NCBI GenBank assembly: GCA_027717985.1
Contig: JALLOO010000002.1
Coordinates: 7,257 to 71,256 of the forward strand
Reading direction: 5' to 3'
Length of the DNA stretch: 64,000 nt
From: Patescibacteria group bacterium AH-259-L05
GTDB taxonomy: Bacteria > Patescibacteriota > Patescibacteriia > UBA2591 > UBA6264
How positions within the stretch are numbered: position 1 is the stretch's first letter; each line of letters opens with the position of its first letter. The translations under genes were made by a program, and so were the position numbers. The notes beneath the pieces are model-generated. The model was not told the DNA's origin, ran no database searches, and worked only from the letters and a program-made list of their open reading frames with translations. Shown piece by piece: positions 18,771 through 28,589 of the stretch.

Positions 18771-20389
18771 TTAATAATAAATTATTAATTATCAATAAGT
18801 GGCCATGGCTTGGCTATTTTTTTGTTTTTGCCCTTGGGTTTATTATTTTTATCTATATCCTTATCCCGCCTGGTATTATTGGCCCTGATAGTTTTTATCA
18901 CACCAAAATGGCACTTATGATACAAGAGCAGGGATTGATTAAAAGTTTTCCTTGGACACAATTTACCACATATAAGTACTTGTTTGTTGACCACCACTTT
19001 GGCTACCATTATCTTCTTATTCCATTTTTAAGTTTGCCATCACCTCAAAATCTTGATCCATCATCATTAGAGATTGATCAATTAATTAAAGCAAAGCTCG
19101 GAACTGCATTTTTTGCCGCACTTGTTTTTGTAATGATATATTGGTTTTTAAAACGGTTTAAAATAAAGGGTGCCTTATTATGGACACTGCTTACTTTTTT
19201 ACTTACACCGTTTTTGCTCCGACTTTCTTTAATCAGGGCGCCCGCAATTTCCCTTATTATTCTTATTTTAGGATTTTATCTTATTATAAAGAAAAAGTAT
19301 ATGTTGCTTTTTCTCCTCTCATTTATATACGTATGGACGCATGGCACCTGGCCGTTGATACTCGTAGTGGTAGTTATATATTGCTTGGCAAATGCGATAA
19401 AAGAATTGATTAATAAATGGCCGCACATACACATTTTAAAAATTTTCTTCAATAAAACAAACATCAAACTACTGTTAACATGTGTCTCTGGTCTGGCTGC
19501 TGGCTTAATCATTAATCCTTATTTTCCTAAAACACTGCCCTTTTACTGGTTTCAAACCATAAAAATTGCCATCATCAACTACTCAAATAAAATTGGTGTT
19601 GGCGCTGAATGGTACCCATTTGACCCCTCTCTTCTAATTATTGTCCTTCTGCCGCTTTTAATTTTCTGGGTTATTGCTACGGCATGGTTTATAACAAGGG
19701 TAAAAAAGCAAAATACCACTACTTGGTTTTTCACTCTCCTCTCTGTCTTCTTTCTCCTCTACTCATATAAAGCACAACGAAATATTGAATATTTTATTCC
19801 GCCCGCACTCTTTTTAAGTGCATTTATTTTTGGTCAAATGAAAGTTTATATAAACTGGAAGAATATTAAAAATAATATTGCAAAACTATTTCAAGGTCCA
19901 GAGGGTATATTTTACTTTTTATTCAGCATATTTTTTGCTGTTTTTATTGGCTTTTTTATTATTTTTTATCTTAATTTCAGTATTGTAAGACTGCATACGC
20001 AATACAAAGAAAAACGACCTATAAATCAATTTCAAATGGCATCGCATTGGCTTAAAAATAATACACAAAAGGGCGAGATTATATTTCAAAGCGACTGGGA
20101 TATTTTCCCGCAACTATTTTACTTTAATACTCATAATTACTACATCAATGGACTTGATCAAACCTTTATGTATGAATATGATAAAGAGTTGTATACTGCA
20201 TGGCACAATATAGTCTCTGGCAAAACAAGTCCTCAAGATATACTCCAAACTATATCAAAAAAATTTAATGCCTCGTATGTATTCATTGATAAAAAACAAG
20301 ACAAAACATTTGCCAAACTTCTAAAAAAATCTCCGCAGTTTAAAAAAACATATGAAGATGGTGAGGCAATTATCTACAAAATACCATGA
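18743..20389 (+). CDS. Polytopic membrane protein, probable GT-C glycosyltransferase
   Basis: PDSFYH after the first TM, many TM segments, soluble C-terminal domain; coupled to a GT2 gene. Confidence 0.65.
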   Translation: MAQASNKTMINNKLLIINKWPWLGYFFVFALGFIIFIYILIPPGIIGPDSFYHTKMALMIQEQGLIKSFPWTQFTTYKYLFVDHHFGYHYLLIPFLSLPSPQNLDPSSLEIDQLIKAKLGTAFFAALVFVMIYWFLKRFKIKGALLWTLLTFLLTPFLLRLSLIRAPAISLIILILGFYLIIKKKYMLLFLLSFIYVWTHGTWPLILVVVVIYCLANAIKELINKWPHIHILKIFFNKTNIKLLLTCVSGLAAGLIINPYFPKTLPFYWFQTIKIAIINYSNKIGVGAEWYPFDPSLLIIVLLPLLIFWVIATAWFITRVKKQNTTTWFFTLLSVFFLLYSYKAQRNIEYFIPPALFLSAFIFGQMKVYINWKNIKNNIAKLFQGPEGIFYFLFSIFFAVFIGFFIIFYLNFSIVRLHTQYKEKRPINQFQMASHWLKNNTQKGEIIFQSDWDIFPQLFYFNTHNYYINGLDQTFMYEYDKELYTAWHNIVSGKTSPQDILQTISKKFNASYVFIDKKQDKTFAKLLKKSPQFKKTYEDGEAIIYKIP

Positions 20390-21108
20390 CTATATCTATA
20401 GTGGTGCCAACTTTTAACGAAGAAAAAATAATTGGCCAGTCAATTGATCAGCTATATGCGTTTTGTAAAAAAAATTTATCTAACTATTCCTGGACTATTA
20501 TTATCGCAGATAACGGCTCAACTGATAAAACGCTAGAAATTGTAAAAAACAAAAAAACTAAATACCCTCAGATTAAACATTTTCATTTGGAAAAAAGCGG
20601 CAAAGGCGGCACGATTAAATATGGATGGCAAACCTATCCTGCTGATATACATATTTTTATGGATGCTGATCTGCCTGTTGAACTTCGCTTTATTGACGAT
20701 CTTATCAAACCAATAATTAAAAAAAAATACGATATGTGTATTGGCTCACGCCATTTAAAACAAAGTAAACTACAATGGTCTTTTACCAGAATTTTTATCT
20801 CGCGTACCTACAATTTTATTACAAAACTATTTTTTAATATAAGCCTTAGTGATATGCATTGCGGCTTTAAAGCGGTTTCATCTAATATGGTAAAATTTAT
20901 CTTGCCAAAAATAAAAAATACTGGACTTTTTTTTGATACTGAGCTTGTTATTCTATCGCAGTACAGCGGATTTCGTATCAAAGAAGTTCCTGTGTCTTGG
21001 AAAGAAAAAGCTGGCCGAAAAACAAAAGTTAAGATTATTAAAACAGCAATAACTTATTTAAAAGAGCTCATTAAACTAAAAATGCGCCTTTTACGACGCA
21101 AAAAATAA
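20386..21108 (+). CDS. GT2 polyprenyl-phosphate glycosyltransferase (DPM/DPG synthase-like)
   Basis: VVPTFNE, DNGSTD, GKG, FMDADL, GSR, CGFK, FDTE. Confidence 0.9.
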   Translation: MTISIVVPTFNEEKIIGQSIDQLYAFCKKNLSNYSWTIIIADNGSTDKTLEIVKNKKTKYPQIKHFHLEKSGKGGTIKYGWQTYPADIHIFMDADLPVELRFIDDLIKPIIKKKYDMCIGSRHLKQSKLQWSFTRIFISRTYNFITKLFFNISLSDMHCGFKAVSSNMVKFILPKIKNTGLFFDTELVILSQYSGFRIKEVPVSWKEKAGRKTKVKIIKTAITYLKELIKLKMRLLRRKK

Positions 21109-21124
21109 ATCTCAATTTTTGTTT

Positions 21125-21195
21125 TGTCATTCCTTTTTTATTGTCATCCCGCACGAAACGCGGGATGACAAGGGGGTGTGCGGGATGACAAGGGG
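21125..21195. repeat. Family A palindrome between convergent genes (may act as terminator)
   Basis: TTGTCATCCCGC...GCGGGATGACAA with duplicated ends. Confidence 0.75.
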
Positions 21196-21206
21196 GAGAA
21201 AACTTT

Positions 21207-21608
21207 CTATTCTGGAGCAGTTACCTCACTCAACCGCTCAATCACAAATGTAGCAATTGTATACGCTAAAATAACAATAATTAAGCCGACAACTGCGCTG
21301 GTTATAATACCCTTGGCTTTTTTTATTTTTTCCTCATTTCCACCCGAGGTCATCCACATAAATCCACCCACAATTAAAAGAACCACTAAAATAAGCCCTA
21401 ATAATTGTAACACAACTTTTACCATCCTGCCGACCAACGTTGGCACATCTGTTTCAGTTCCTAATCCTGCTTCGCCTGCAACATTTCGCAATTGTTCTAA
21501 CTGTGCAAAGGCAGGAGTAGCAATAATAAACAAAAATAAAAAAATGCTGACAAAACAAACAAATTGCGTGCCTGAAAAAACAGGCCTGCTATCTCTTATG
21601 CCTTCCAT
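21207..21608 (-). CDS. VirB2/TrbC-like pilin (CPR T4SS_pilin type)
   Basis: Signal-like N-terminus, two TM helices around GGFMWMTSGGNEEK. Confidence 0.85.
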   Translation of the reverse strand: MEGIRDSRPVFSGTQFVCFVSIFLFLFIIATPAFAQLEQLRNVAGEAGLGTETDVPTLVGRMVKVVLQLLGLILVVLLIVGGFMWMTSGGNEEKIKKAKGIITSAVVGLIIVILAYTIATFVIERLSEVTAPE

Positions 21609-21631
21609 ACGATCTAATTTAATACTTCCTA

Positions 21632-21997
21632 CTAAGAGGCTCCTGTTACGCCCGTCAATTGATCAACAACAAATGTCGCAGCTGCGTATGCGATTATAAC
21701 AATCACTAAACCAATAATAGCTGCGCCCATCAACTGCTTTGCCTTGCCCACCTTTTCTTCATTCCCACCTGAGGTCATCCACATAAATCCGCCAACAATA
21801 AGCAAAATCGTAGCTATTAATCCGAGAAGGCTCAAAACAACCTTTACAATCGCGCCAATAACCTCTGGCAAACTTTTTGTCCCTAATCCAGCATTCTGCC
21901 CAAACTCAAGCAATCCTTCATTTAAAGCTTGCCCAAATGCTAATGAAGGCACCAATAGCAGTGAAACCAAAAGTGTAGAAGCAATAAGTTTTTTCAT
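21632..21997 (-). CDS. VirB2/TrbC-like pilin
   Basis: Same GGFMWMTSGGNEEK signature. Confidence 0.87.
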   Translation of the reverse strand: MKKLIASTLLVSLLLVPSLAFGQALNEGLLEFGQNAGLGTKSLPEVIGAIVKVVLSLLGLIATILLIVGGFMWMTSGGNEEKVGKAKQLMGAAIIGLVIVIIAYAAATFVVDQLTGVTGAS

Positions 21998-22252
21998 ACA
22001 AACTCTATTAATTTTTTAAACCCAACGACTTTATATACTATTTATACAAAATAAACCACAATTAGTCAAGTTTTCTACTGTGTATAACTTGTTGTATTGG
22101 AATTCCTAAATTCCGATACATACAAGAGGAAGGGGATCGGGGAAACGTAGTTTCCCCGTGGGGGTGACAGAAGCGAATGAAGTGAGCGACGCCAGAGGGC
22201 GGAAGCTCTATGGAGAACATAGTTCGCGAGCATTAGCGAGCGACTCCGTTCA

Positions 22253-22612
22253 TTACTCCCCTTTTAATGCCTTTAAAATAAACTCCAGAATTGCATAACT
22301 AAAGAAAATAAACGCCAATCCTATCACAGCCCATACAATCGTATCTTTTCCTTTTTTTATTTTTTCTGCATTTCCGCCTGAGGTCATCCACAAAATTCCC
22401 CCGTAGATAAACATTACCAAAGCCAAAACGCCCACAATGCCTAAAACTGCTTTAATAATCCTGCCAGCCAACTCTGGAATTGGTTCTTTCCCCTCTAAAT
22501 TTAGAGGGTCTTCCAATACTTGTGCAAACAAACTCTGGGACAACAATATATATACCCCTATCACCAAAACTACTATCATTCCTGCATAAATTTTATTTTT
22601 TTTATTTAGCAT
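22253..22612 (-). CDS. VirB2/TrbC-like pilin
   Basis: YGGILWMTSGGNAEK signature. Confidence 0.87.
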   Translation of the reverse strand: MLNKKNKIYAGMIVVLVIGVYILLSQSLFAQVLEDPLNLEGKEPIPELAGRIIKAVLGIVGVLALVMFIYGGILWMTSGGNAEKIKKGKDTIVWAVIGLAFIFFSYAILEFILKALKGE

Positions 22613-22614
22613 AT

Positions 22615-23592
22615 TTATTTACAAGATGCATTTGTTATATCTTTTCTTATATCTAGTAACATCGAGGGGTCGACTTCCATTGCATACTTATACGTATATT
22701 CATCAACTATACCATTTTCTGCTAATCCAAAAAGGGATTCCTCTTTAAAGCCGTATTCTTGATAAAATCTATTATATGATTTTTTGAAGTTTATTGTGCA
22801 TATTTCTGTCTGCGATCCAAACTTTCCATCTATCCACTTACAATCGCATCCCATATCCTCTAATGCTCGCTGATAATTCTTAACTATTTGCGCTCTCCAG
22901 CATAAGCTATCCTCATTCTGAGGACTTACACAGTTATGACACCAGTAGGTAGTCGGAGCATCTTGAACAGGTGAAAAACAGCCAAAAGTATCAGGTTCTG
23001 GCTCCCATATATCTTCTATATCCCCAAGAAAACCAGGCCCTTCTACATCCTCAATCGGCAATTCTGGCCTTTCTGGCACCTCAAAACTTACATATTCTTC
23101 CTCAACTCCAAACATAGTACCAAGCACTCTAATTCCTGCTACCGCACCTAAAACAATCACCATGCCAACAACTGCGCCGCTGATAATCTTCTTACCTAAC
23201 TGCACCTTTCCAGTAGATCCGCCCGATGTTATCCAAATCACGCCGCCGATAATAAACATAAGCAAGGCAAAAACTCCTAAATATCTTAAAATTATTTTAG
23301 CAATATTAACTCCTAATGCTAAAAAGTTGCTTAAATCACAATCACCACAAAATACGCAAATTGGATCCCTCATCAACCATCCCAATTCACCGCCCTCCAC
23401 TACATTACCGCCCACTACTCTTTCCCCTTCTAGACCTCCCTGACAATTACATTTCCACGTCCCATCTTCTTGTTTTATACAGTCTGAATACCTATCGCCC
23501 CCAATCGCTCTTGGAAAAGCATATACAACAGAACTAATTAAAAATAACAAAAGCAATACTGCAAATATCAAAATTATTTTTTTAGAAAACAT
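22615..23592 (-). CDS. Pilin-domain protein with Cys-rich segments and C-terminal peptidoglycan-binding-like domain
   Basis: CGDCDL, GGVIWITSGG, Q..L..MG...IDGKFGSQT...F...NGIVD. Confidence 0.75.
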   Translation of the reverse strand: MFSKKIILIFAVLLLLFLISSVVYAFPRAIGGDRYSDCIKQEDGTWKCNCQGGLEGERVVGGNVVEGGELGWLMRDPICVFCGDCDLSNFLALGVNIAKIILRYLGVFALLMFIIGGVIWITSGGSTGKVQLGKKIISGAVVGMVIVLGAVAGIRVLGTMFGVEEEYVSFEVPERPELPIEDVEGPGFLGDIEDIWEPEPDTFGCFSPVQDAPTTYWCHNCVSPQNEDSLCWRAQIVKNYQRALEDMGCDCKWIDGKFGSQTEICTINFKKSYNRFYQEYGFKEESLFGLAENGIVDEYTYKYAMEVDPSMLLDIRKDITNASCK

Positions 23593-23594
23593 AT

Positions 23595-24974
23595 TTAATA
23601 TGTTAAATTCACTCTCTTAGCTCCATAATCAATCGCTCGCTCAACTGTTTTCTCGCCACTTAACACAGCAGAAACCATTTCTTCAAATGCTTCTTCAACT
23701 AATGAATAATTTTTTCCGTGATACCAGGTCTTGGCAGTTAACACCCCGCTTGCAAAGGGATTAAGATCAAAATCCTCTAACTGCATAGCAATCAATTCCC
23801 GGTGCGCCGTAGGATGTTTTGATCGTTCAACAAATGTTTTCGCATTTTGCGTCTCGGTGGCATACAATACAAATGCCCATGCTTCATGAGGATGCTCTGT
23901 TCTTTTTGATATTACTTCTATGGGATAGCGCGCATAATTTACTTCTTTTAATGATCCTGCGATTTGGGGAACTTTACTTATATCAAAATTTAACTTCGGC
24001 GCCTGCTCTTTAATTTTGGTTAAATAATCAGAATACCCAAAAATAAAGCCAACTTTTCCCGCAATAAAGGCATCTAATGATGGTTCCATTGCATTATTCC
24101 ATGTATAAATATCTGACCCTGGCTGGCTAAACCCAACATAAAATTGCATTGCTTCTTGCGCAGGAAAATATTTTGGATCATCAGGCAATGATTGATGAAA
24201 CGTTGCCGTATCACCGCGTTCATTTGCCATACGCGTGCCATTCTGAAACATTAATAATGATAAAATATCCGTAACATATGAAATATTTTCTGAAGCACCA
24301 AATGCAGCACCTGACTGGATAAACTCTCCATATCGATCTTGAAGCGTAAGCGCAGCAACATCTAGAGCAAATTCCTCCCATGTCTGCGGTGCATTTGCAA
24401 TCCTTGCGGAATTCAACATATCTCGATTATAATATAATGCTAACACGTCTAAGGAGAGCGGCAGTCCATATATTCTATTATCAATTACCACGTCTTTTGG
24501 CACTGCTTCAACAAATGTTTCGCGCAACTGTCGTAGGCCTGGTGCTTTTTTTACCTCTTTAATAAGTTTTGTTTCTTTTTTAATGCTACCCGTCGTGATT
24601 TGTTTTGCCATAATTACTTCGCCCCCGAGCTCTCGCGGCAAAATCTTGGACTGATATTTCCCCAGCCACGTATTAGGAATAGAAAAAATATCAGGTCCTC
24701 GGTCTTCAGCCCATGCTTCTAATAATTCTTGTTCATATTCTTGTTCTCGTATCACCCTATACGTAATAGAAACATGTGGATACAGTGCTTGAAATCCTTG
24801 GATAATGGCACCAAATGCATCTTGGCCGTCTTGTGTTCTCCAATACACCAAATTAACTGGCTTTGCCCGTTGTGCCAGTTCTTTTGATATTCCTCTACAC
24901 CCTAGACCAGCAGTAACAAAAAATACAGCAATGAGAGACAAAATAAATAATTTTGAATATTTTTTTCTAAACAT
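23595..24974 (-). CDS. Extracellular solute-binding lipoprotein (sugar ABC SBP family 1)
   Basis: Lipobox GLGC, GPDIF, YGLPL..D.LALYYN.D, PQTWEE. Confidence 0.88.
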   Translation of the reverse strand: MFRKKYSKLFILSLIAVFFVTAGLGCRGISKELAQRAKPVNLVYWRTQDGQDAFGAIIQGFQALYPHVSITYRVIREQEYEQELLEAWAEDRGPDIFSIPNTWLGKYQSKILPRELGGEVIMAKQITTGSIKKETKLIKEVKKAPGLRQLRETFVEAVPKDVVIDNRIYGLPLSLDVLALYYNRDMLNSARIANAPQTWEEFALDVAALTLQDRYGEFIQSGAAFGASENISYVTDILSLLMFQNGTRMANERGDTATFHQSLPDDPKYFPAQEAMQFYVGFSQPGSDIYTWNNAMEPSLDAFIAGKVGFIFGYSDYLTKIKEQAPKLNFDISKVPQIAGSLKEVNYARYPIEVISKRTEHPHEAWAFVLYATETQNAKTFVERSKHPTAHRELIAMQLEDFDLNPFASGVLTAKTWYHGKNYSLVEEAFEEMVSAVLSGEKTVERAIDYGAKRVNLTY

Positions 24975-24976
24975 AT

Positions 24977-25060
24977 ATCATCCCTCCTCTTGTCATCCCA
25001 CACTCAATGTGGGAAGACAGAGAGTGGGTTGGAATGACAAAAAAAGATGTCATTCCGCGG
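24977..25060. repeat. Family A palindromic element
   Basis: TGTCATCCCAC...GTGGGAAGACA, GGAATGACA, TGTCATTCCGCG. Confidence 0.7.
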
Positions 25061-25077
25061 ACTTTATCCGCGAGATT

Positions 25078-25944
25078 TCAAATATTTACTCTCCTTAAAA
25101 ACTTTCTTAAATCTTTATTAATCTCTTTATCTTTCAATCCAAGCGCAATATTTGCCTCTAAAAAGCTTTGTTTACTGCCTACAGTATACCACGCTCCTTT
25201 AAATTCGCAAGCATATGCTGGTCGTTTTGTGCGTAATAATCCGTCAAACCCCTCAACTAGACCAAACTCTTTTCCTTTTGGAAGTTTAATGCCCTGAAGC
25301 ACTTCAAGTATTTCAGGAGTAATAATATATCGTCCTACGATTCCTAATAATGAAGGCGCATGCTCTGGTTTTGGTTTTTCTACAATTTTGTGTAGCTGAT
25401 ATACTCCATCTTCCACTTTTATCCCCCCGACTGAACCAAAATATTTAATCTCGCTCTTTTTCACTCGCTTTACCGCAACTACAGGATCTCCATATCGTTT
25501 ATATACGTCAATGAGCTGTCCGATACATGGCGATGCACTATCAATAATGTCATCGCCAAGCATAACTACGCATGGCTCATCTTTTACAAATTCATAAGCA
25601 CACAAAATTGCATCACCAAATCCTTTGGGCTCACGTTGTCTAATAAATACAAACTCTGCCATGTGATGAATCGGGCGGATGCTTTTAAGCGCTTTTATTT
25701 TTTTGCGCTTTTTCAACCAATATTCCAATTCAAAATTATAGTCAAAATAGTCTTCAATTGCCCGCTTTGTTGAAGAGGTGATTAAAAAAATCTGCTTGAT
25801 TCCTGCCTTAACTGCTTCTTCTACCACGTAATGAATTACGGGTTTATCTACCACGGTAAGCATTTCTTTTGGCTGTGACTTGGTTGCGGGTAAAAACCGC
25901 GTTCCTAAACCAGCTACCGGAATAATTGCTTTAGTAATCTTCAT
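25078..25944 (-). CDS. galU: UTP-glucose-1-phosphate uridylyltransferase
   Basis: PVAGLGTRFLPATK..PKEML, VEKP. Confidence 0.95.
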   Translation of the reverse strand: MKITKAIIPVAGLGTRFLPATKSQPKEMLTVVDKPVIHYVVEEAVKAGIKQIFLITSSTKRAIEDYFDYNFELEYWLKKRKKIKALKSIRPIHHMAEFVFIRQREPKGFGDAILCAYEFVKDEPCVVMLGDDIIDSASPCIGQLIDVYKRYGDPVVAVKRVKKSEIKYFGSVGGIKVEDGVYQLHKIVEKPKPEHAPSLLGIVGRYIITPEILEVLQGIKLPKGKEFGLVEGFDGLLRTKRPAYACEFKGAWYTVGSKQSFLEANIALGLKDKEINKDLRKFLRRVNI

Positions 25945-27134
25945 AACATTAATTTAATAAATCTTCGTTTTCCCACCTTAATTATCATACCAGACTTTGG
26001 CTCACATTCATACTGCCAGTTGTCAATTACGTTTTTGTCCACTTCTACTGCGCCCTGTTTTATTAATCTTCGCGCCTCGCCCTTACTTAAAGTCAATCCG
26101 CTCTCGCACAACAGATCAATTAATAAATATTTTTTCTTTTTTACGTTATATGTTGGAATATCTTGAGGTAATTCTTTATCTCGAAACACTCTATTAAATT
26201 CATCTTGAGCCTGGTGCGCAGCGTTTTCTCCATGATATAGCTTTACAATCTCATATGCTAACTTTTCCTTAAAATCCCGTGGATTAGCACCGCGACCCAT
26301 TGCAATAACCACTTTATTAATATCAGATAAACTCACATTCGTACATAATTCAAAATACTGTTCAATTAAATCATCACCCATTGACATTATTTTGCCATAT
26401 TGTTCTTGTGATGAATCAGTAATGGTAACAATATTCCCTTTTGTTTTACTCATTTTCTCACCATCAGTTCCAATCAACATCTTAAGCGTTATAATATCTT
26501 GTGGTTCTTGTTGATAGGCCCCTTGTATTTTTCTGCCTGCGAGTAAATTAAATAGCTGGTCATTGCCCCCCACTTCAACATCAGCTTTTACCGCGACTGA
26601 ATCATATCCTTGATATAAAGGATAAAGAAATTCACGAATAGAAATCTCTTCTTCATTTTTCAACCGCGTCCTAAAGTTACGACGTGCTAACATCTGTCCT
26701 ATACTAAAGAGCTCTGCAAGCTCGCCAAGCTGACGCGGTCTTAATTTGTTAATCCATTCACTGTTTCGGTGCCATTCTACTTTTTTATTATTTAAAATTT
26801 TTCCAATTTGTTTTTTATATGTTTTCAAATTTTTGTTTACTTGTTTTAGAGATATGAATGGCCGTTTATATAATTTATCAGACGGGTCTCCAATTTGTGC
26901 TGTATAATCCCCCAAAATTAAAACAATTGTATGCCCTAAATCCTGAAATTCTTTTAATTTCCACAAGACCATAGCATGTCCAAGATGAAGGTCAATCCCG
27001 GTGGGATCAATACCGTGCTTAATGCGTAACGTTTCACCAGAAATTAATCGCTTTTTCAAATGTTCAATAGCAATAACTTTCTCCACATTCCGAGATAAAA
27101 GATGCTCAATTTTACCCTTATCTGTTTTTGTCAT
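25941..27134 (-). CDS. tyrS: Tyrosine-tRNA ligase
   Basis: GIDPTG..LHLGH, QGYDSV, GGNDQ.FN, KMSKT, C-terminal S4 domain. Confidence 0.96.
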   Translation of the reverse strand: MTKTDKGKIEHLLSRNVEKVIAIEHLKKRLISGETLRIKHGIDPTGIDLHLGHAMVLWKLKEFQDLGHTIVLILGDYTAQIGDPSDKLYKRPFISLKQVNKNLKTYKKQIGKILNNKKVEWHRNSEWINKLRPRQLGELAELFSIGQMLARRNFRTRLKNEEEISIREFLYPLYQGYDSVAVKADVEVGGNDQLFNLLAGRKIQGAYQQEPQDIITLKMLIGTDGEKMSKTKGNIVTITDSSQEQYGKIMSMGDDLIEQYFELCTNVSLSDINKVVIAMGRGANPRDFKEKLAYEIVKLYHGENAAHQAQDEFNRVFRDKELPQDIPTYNVKKKKYLLIDLLCESGLTLSKGEARRLIKQGAVEVDKNVIDNWQYECEPKSGMIIKVGKRRFIKLML

Positions 27135-27192
27135 ATTTTTATGATACTACTTTAAAAACAAAAAAACAAGGTGAAATACTCACCCTGCTTCT

Positions 27193-27591
27193 TTACTCAA
27201 TTGAATTAGAAATTGAAACAGTAAATAATCCTAAGCGCCCTTTATACTTTATCGGAACAGGAAATTTATAAGAGTTCTCAAATCTCCATGCAAATGTATT
27301 ATCTCCATACGGACGCGACCCAACCTCTAGATGAAGTGGCCGGCATGTCTCCCATTCCTTTTCAGTTAACCTTTTTATTTCTATTAAATCCACCGTGCCT
27401 AACAAACAGCCAACCTCATTCTCTAATATAATAGTAATACCTAATCTTTTGCACTCTTCTTTTTCTACGGTGAGACCGGCATGAATTACTAATCTTCCTC
27501 GATATTTTGGCGCCCAACTTCGTATTTCAAACACCCTTTTGTCCTGTACTATCAAATTTGCCCATGGTTGATGAATCGACAATGCTTTCAT
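27193..27591 (-). CDS. ASCH-domain protein
   Basis: MKALSIHQPWANLI...EIRSW..YRG.L.IHA...KGRLGLF; start overlaps the HIT stop (TAATG). Confidence 0.88.
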   Translation of the reverse strand: MKALSIHQPWANLIVQDKRVFEIRSWAPKYRGRLVIHAGLTVEKEECKRLGITIILENEVGCLLGTVDLIEIKRLTEKEWETCRPLHLEVGSRPYGDNTFAWRFENSYKFPVPIKYKGRLGLFTVSISNSIE

Positions 27592-28085
27592 TAATAATCT
27601 CCTCCGCCTGGAATAGCCTTTCGAATACCACCGCGCGGATTGTCCTCGTCGCCCCAATATCGCGGCATAATATGTATATGCAAATGATGAATCGTTCTCC
27701 CAGCTGCTTCGCCTTCATTAACGCCCCAAATACATCCATCCATTTTCTTATCTATACCAACATGGGTTAACATTTGCTCGCACATTTGTCGAGAGCTCTC
27801 TTTAATAGGATTTTTCAAAAACCTCCTATATACCTCTTTCAAATCCGTCTTATTAATCAGTTTAATAACTGCAGGAATAATATGATAAAGCTCTGTCCAC
27901 TCAGGCGCTCTTAGGTCAAGGTCAAGCAATGAAACAACATGACGTTTTGGAATTATTTCTACGTGCCCAGGGGTTTTGGGAAATTTATCAAACCGCGCAT
28001 ACCAATATTTAGCTTCATAAATAACATCTATTCTTTCCTTATATATCTTGCAAAACAAACACTCATCTAACTCTTTGTCCCCCAT
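27591..28085 (-). CDS. HIT-family nucleotide hydrolase
   Basis: CLFC, PGH..IIPKRH, NEGEAAG, HLHIHIMPR; SD AGGAGG. Confidence 0.9.
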   Translation of the reverse strand: MGDKELDECLFCKIYKERIDVIYEAKYWYARFDKFPKTPGHVEIIPKRHVVSLLDLDLRAPEWTELYHIIPAVIKLINKTDLKEVYRRFLKNPIKESSRQMCEQMLTHVGIDKKMDGCIWGVNEGEAAGRTIHHLHIHIMPRYWGDEDNPRGGIRKAIPGGGDY

Positions 28086-28254
28086 AACATACCTCCTTTT
28101 GTTAAATGTTTTGAACTACCTCAACTATGCCACAAACTTAACCTTTTGTCAATCCCAAAACCATGCGCGATTTCCATTTCTAACCAAATCAGGACTCAGG
28201 CTTCTGATTCTAATTAAAAATAAATAAAAAAGGCTATCTAATGATAGCCTTAAC

Positions 28255-28488
28255 TTATATAACCCGAACAGCTATGAGCCCTAAATCAGCAAATTCATCA
28301 AGCAAAGCATCATGAATACGACGACGGTACTCTCCTTTATCATCTGTATCTCCATAAAGTGTGAGACGAAAATTCCAATATGGATCATTATTTTCTTTCA
28401 GGCGTTCCACGCCTGGATACGTACCGAGTCATTTGCGAACTTCAGAAACTGGACGACCACTCACTCTTACAAAAACCTTGATAGCCAT
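28255..28488 (-). pseudogene. 77-codon gene with in-frame TGA at codon 20 (pseudogene or recoded); ACT/Lrp-AsnC-like pattern
   Basis: SD GAGGAGG, upstream TTGACG promoter, downstream terminator; MAIKVFVRVSGRPVSEVRK*LGTYPGVERL...LIAVRVI. Confidence 0.6.
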
Positions 28489-28589
28489 ATATATTCCCTC
28501 CTCTAATTAAGAATAAGGATAAATATCTATCCTTTATTTGAAATACCTATGTCTAGAGTAGCACAAATGAAAACTTCGTCAATAGCGGC

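Noticed and set aside
21178-22019. Plus-strand ORFs 21178-21699 and 21744-22019
   Set aside because: Antisense shadows of the pilin genes
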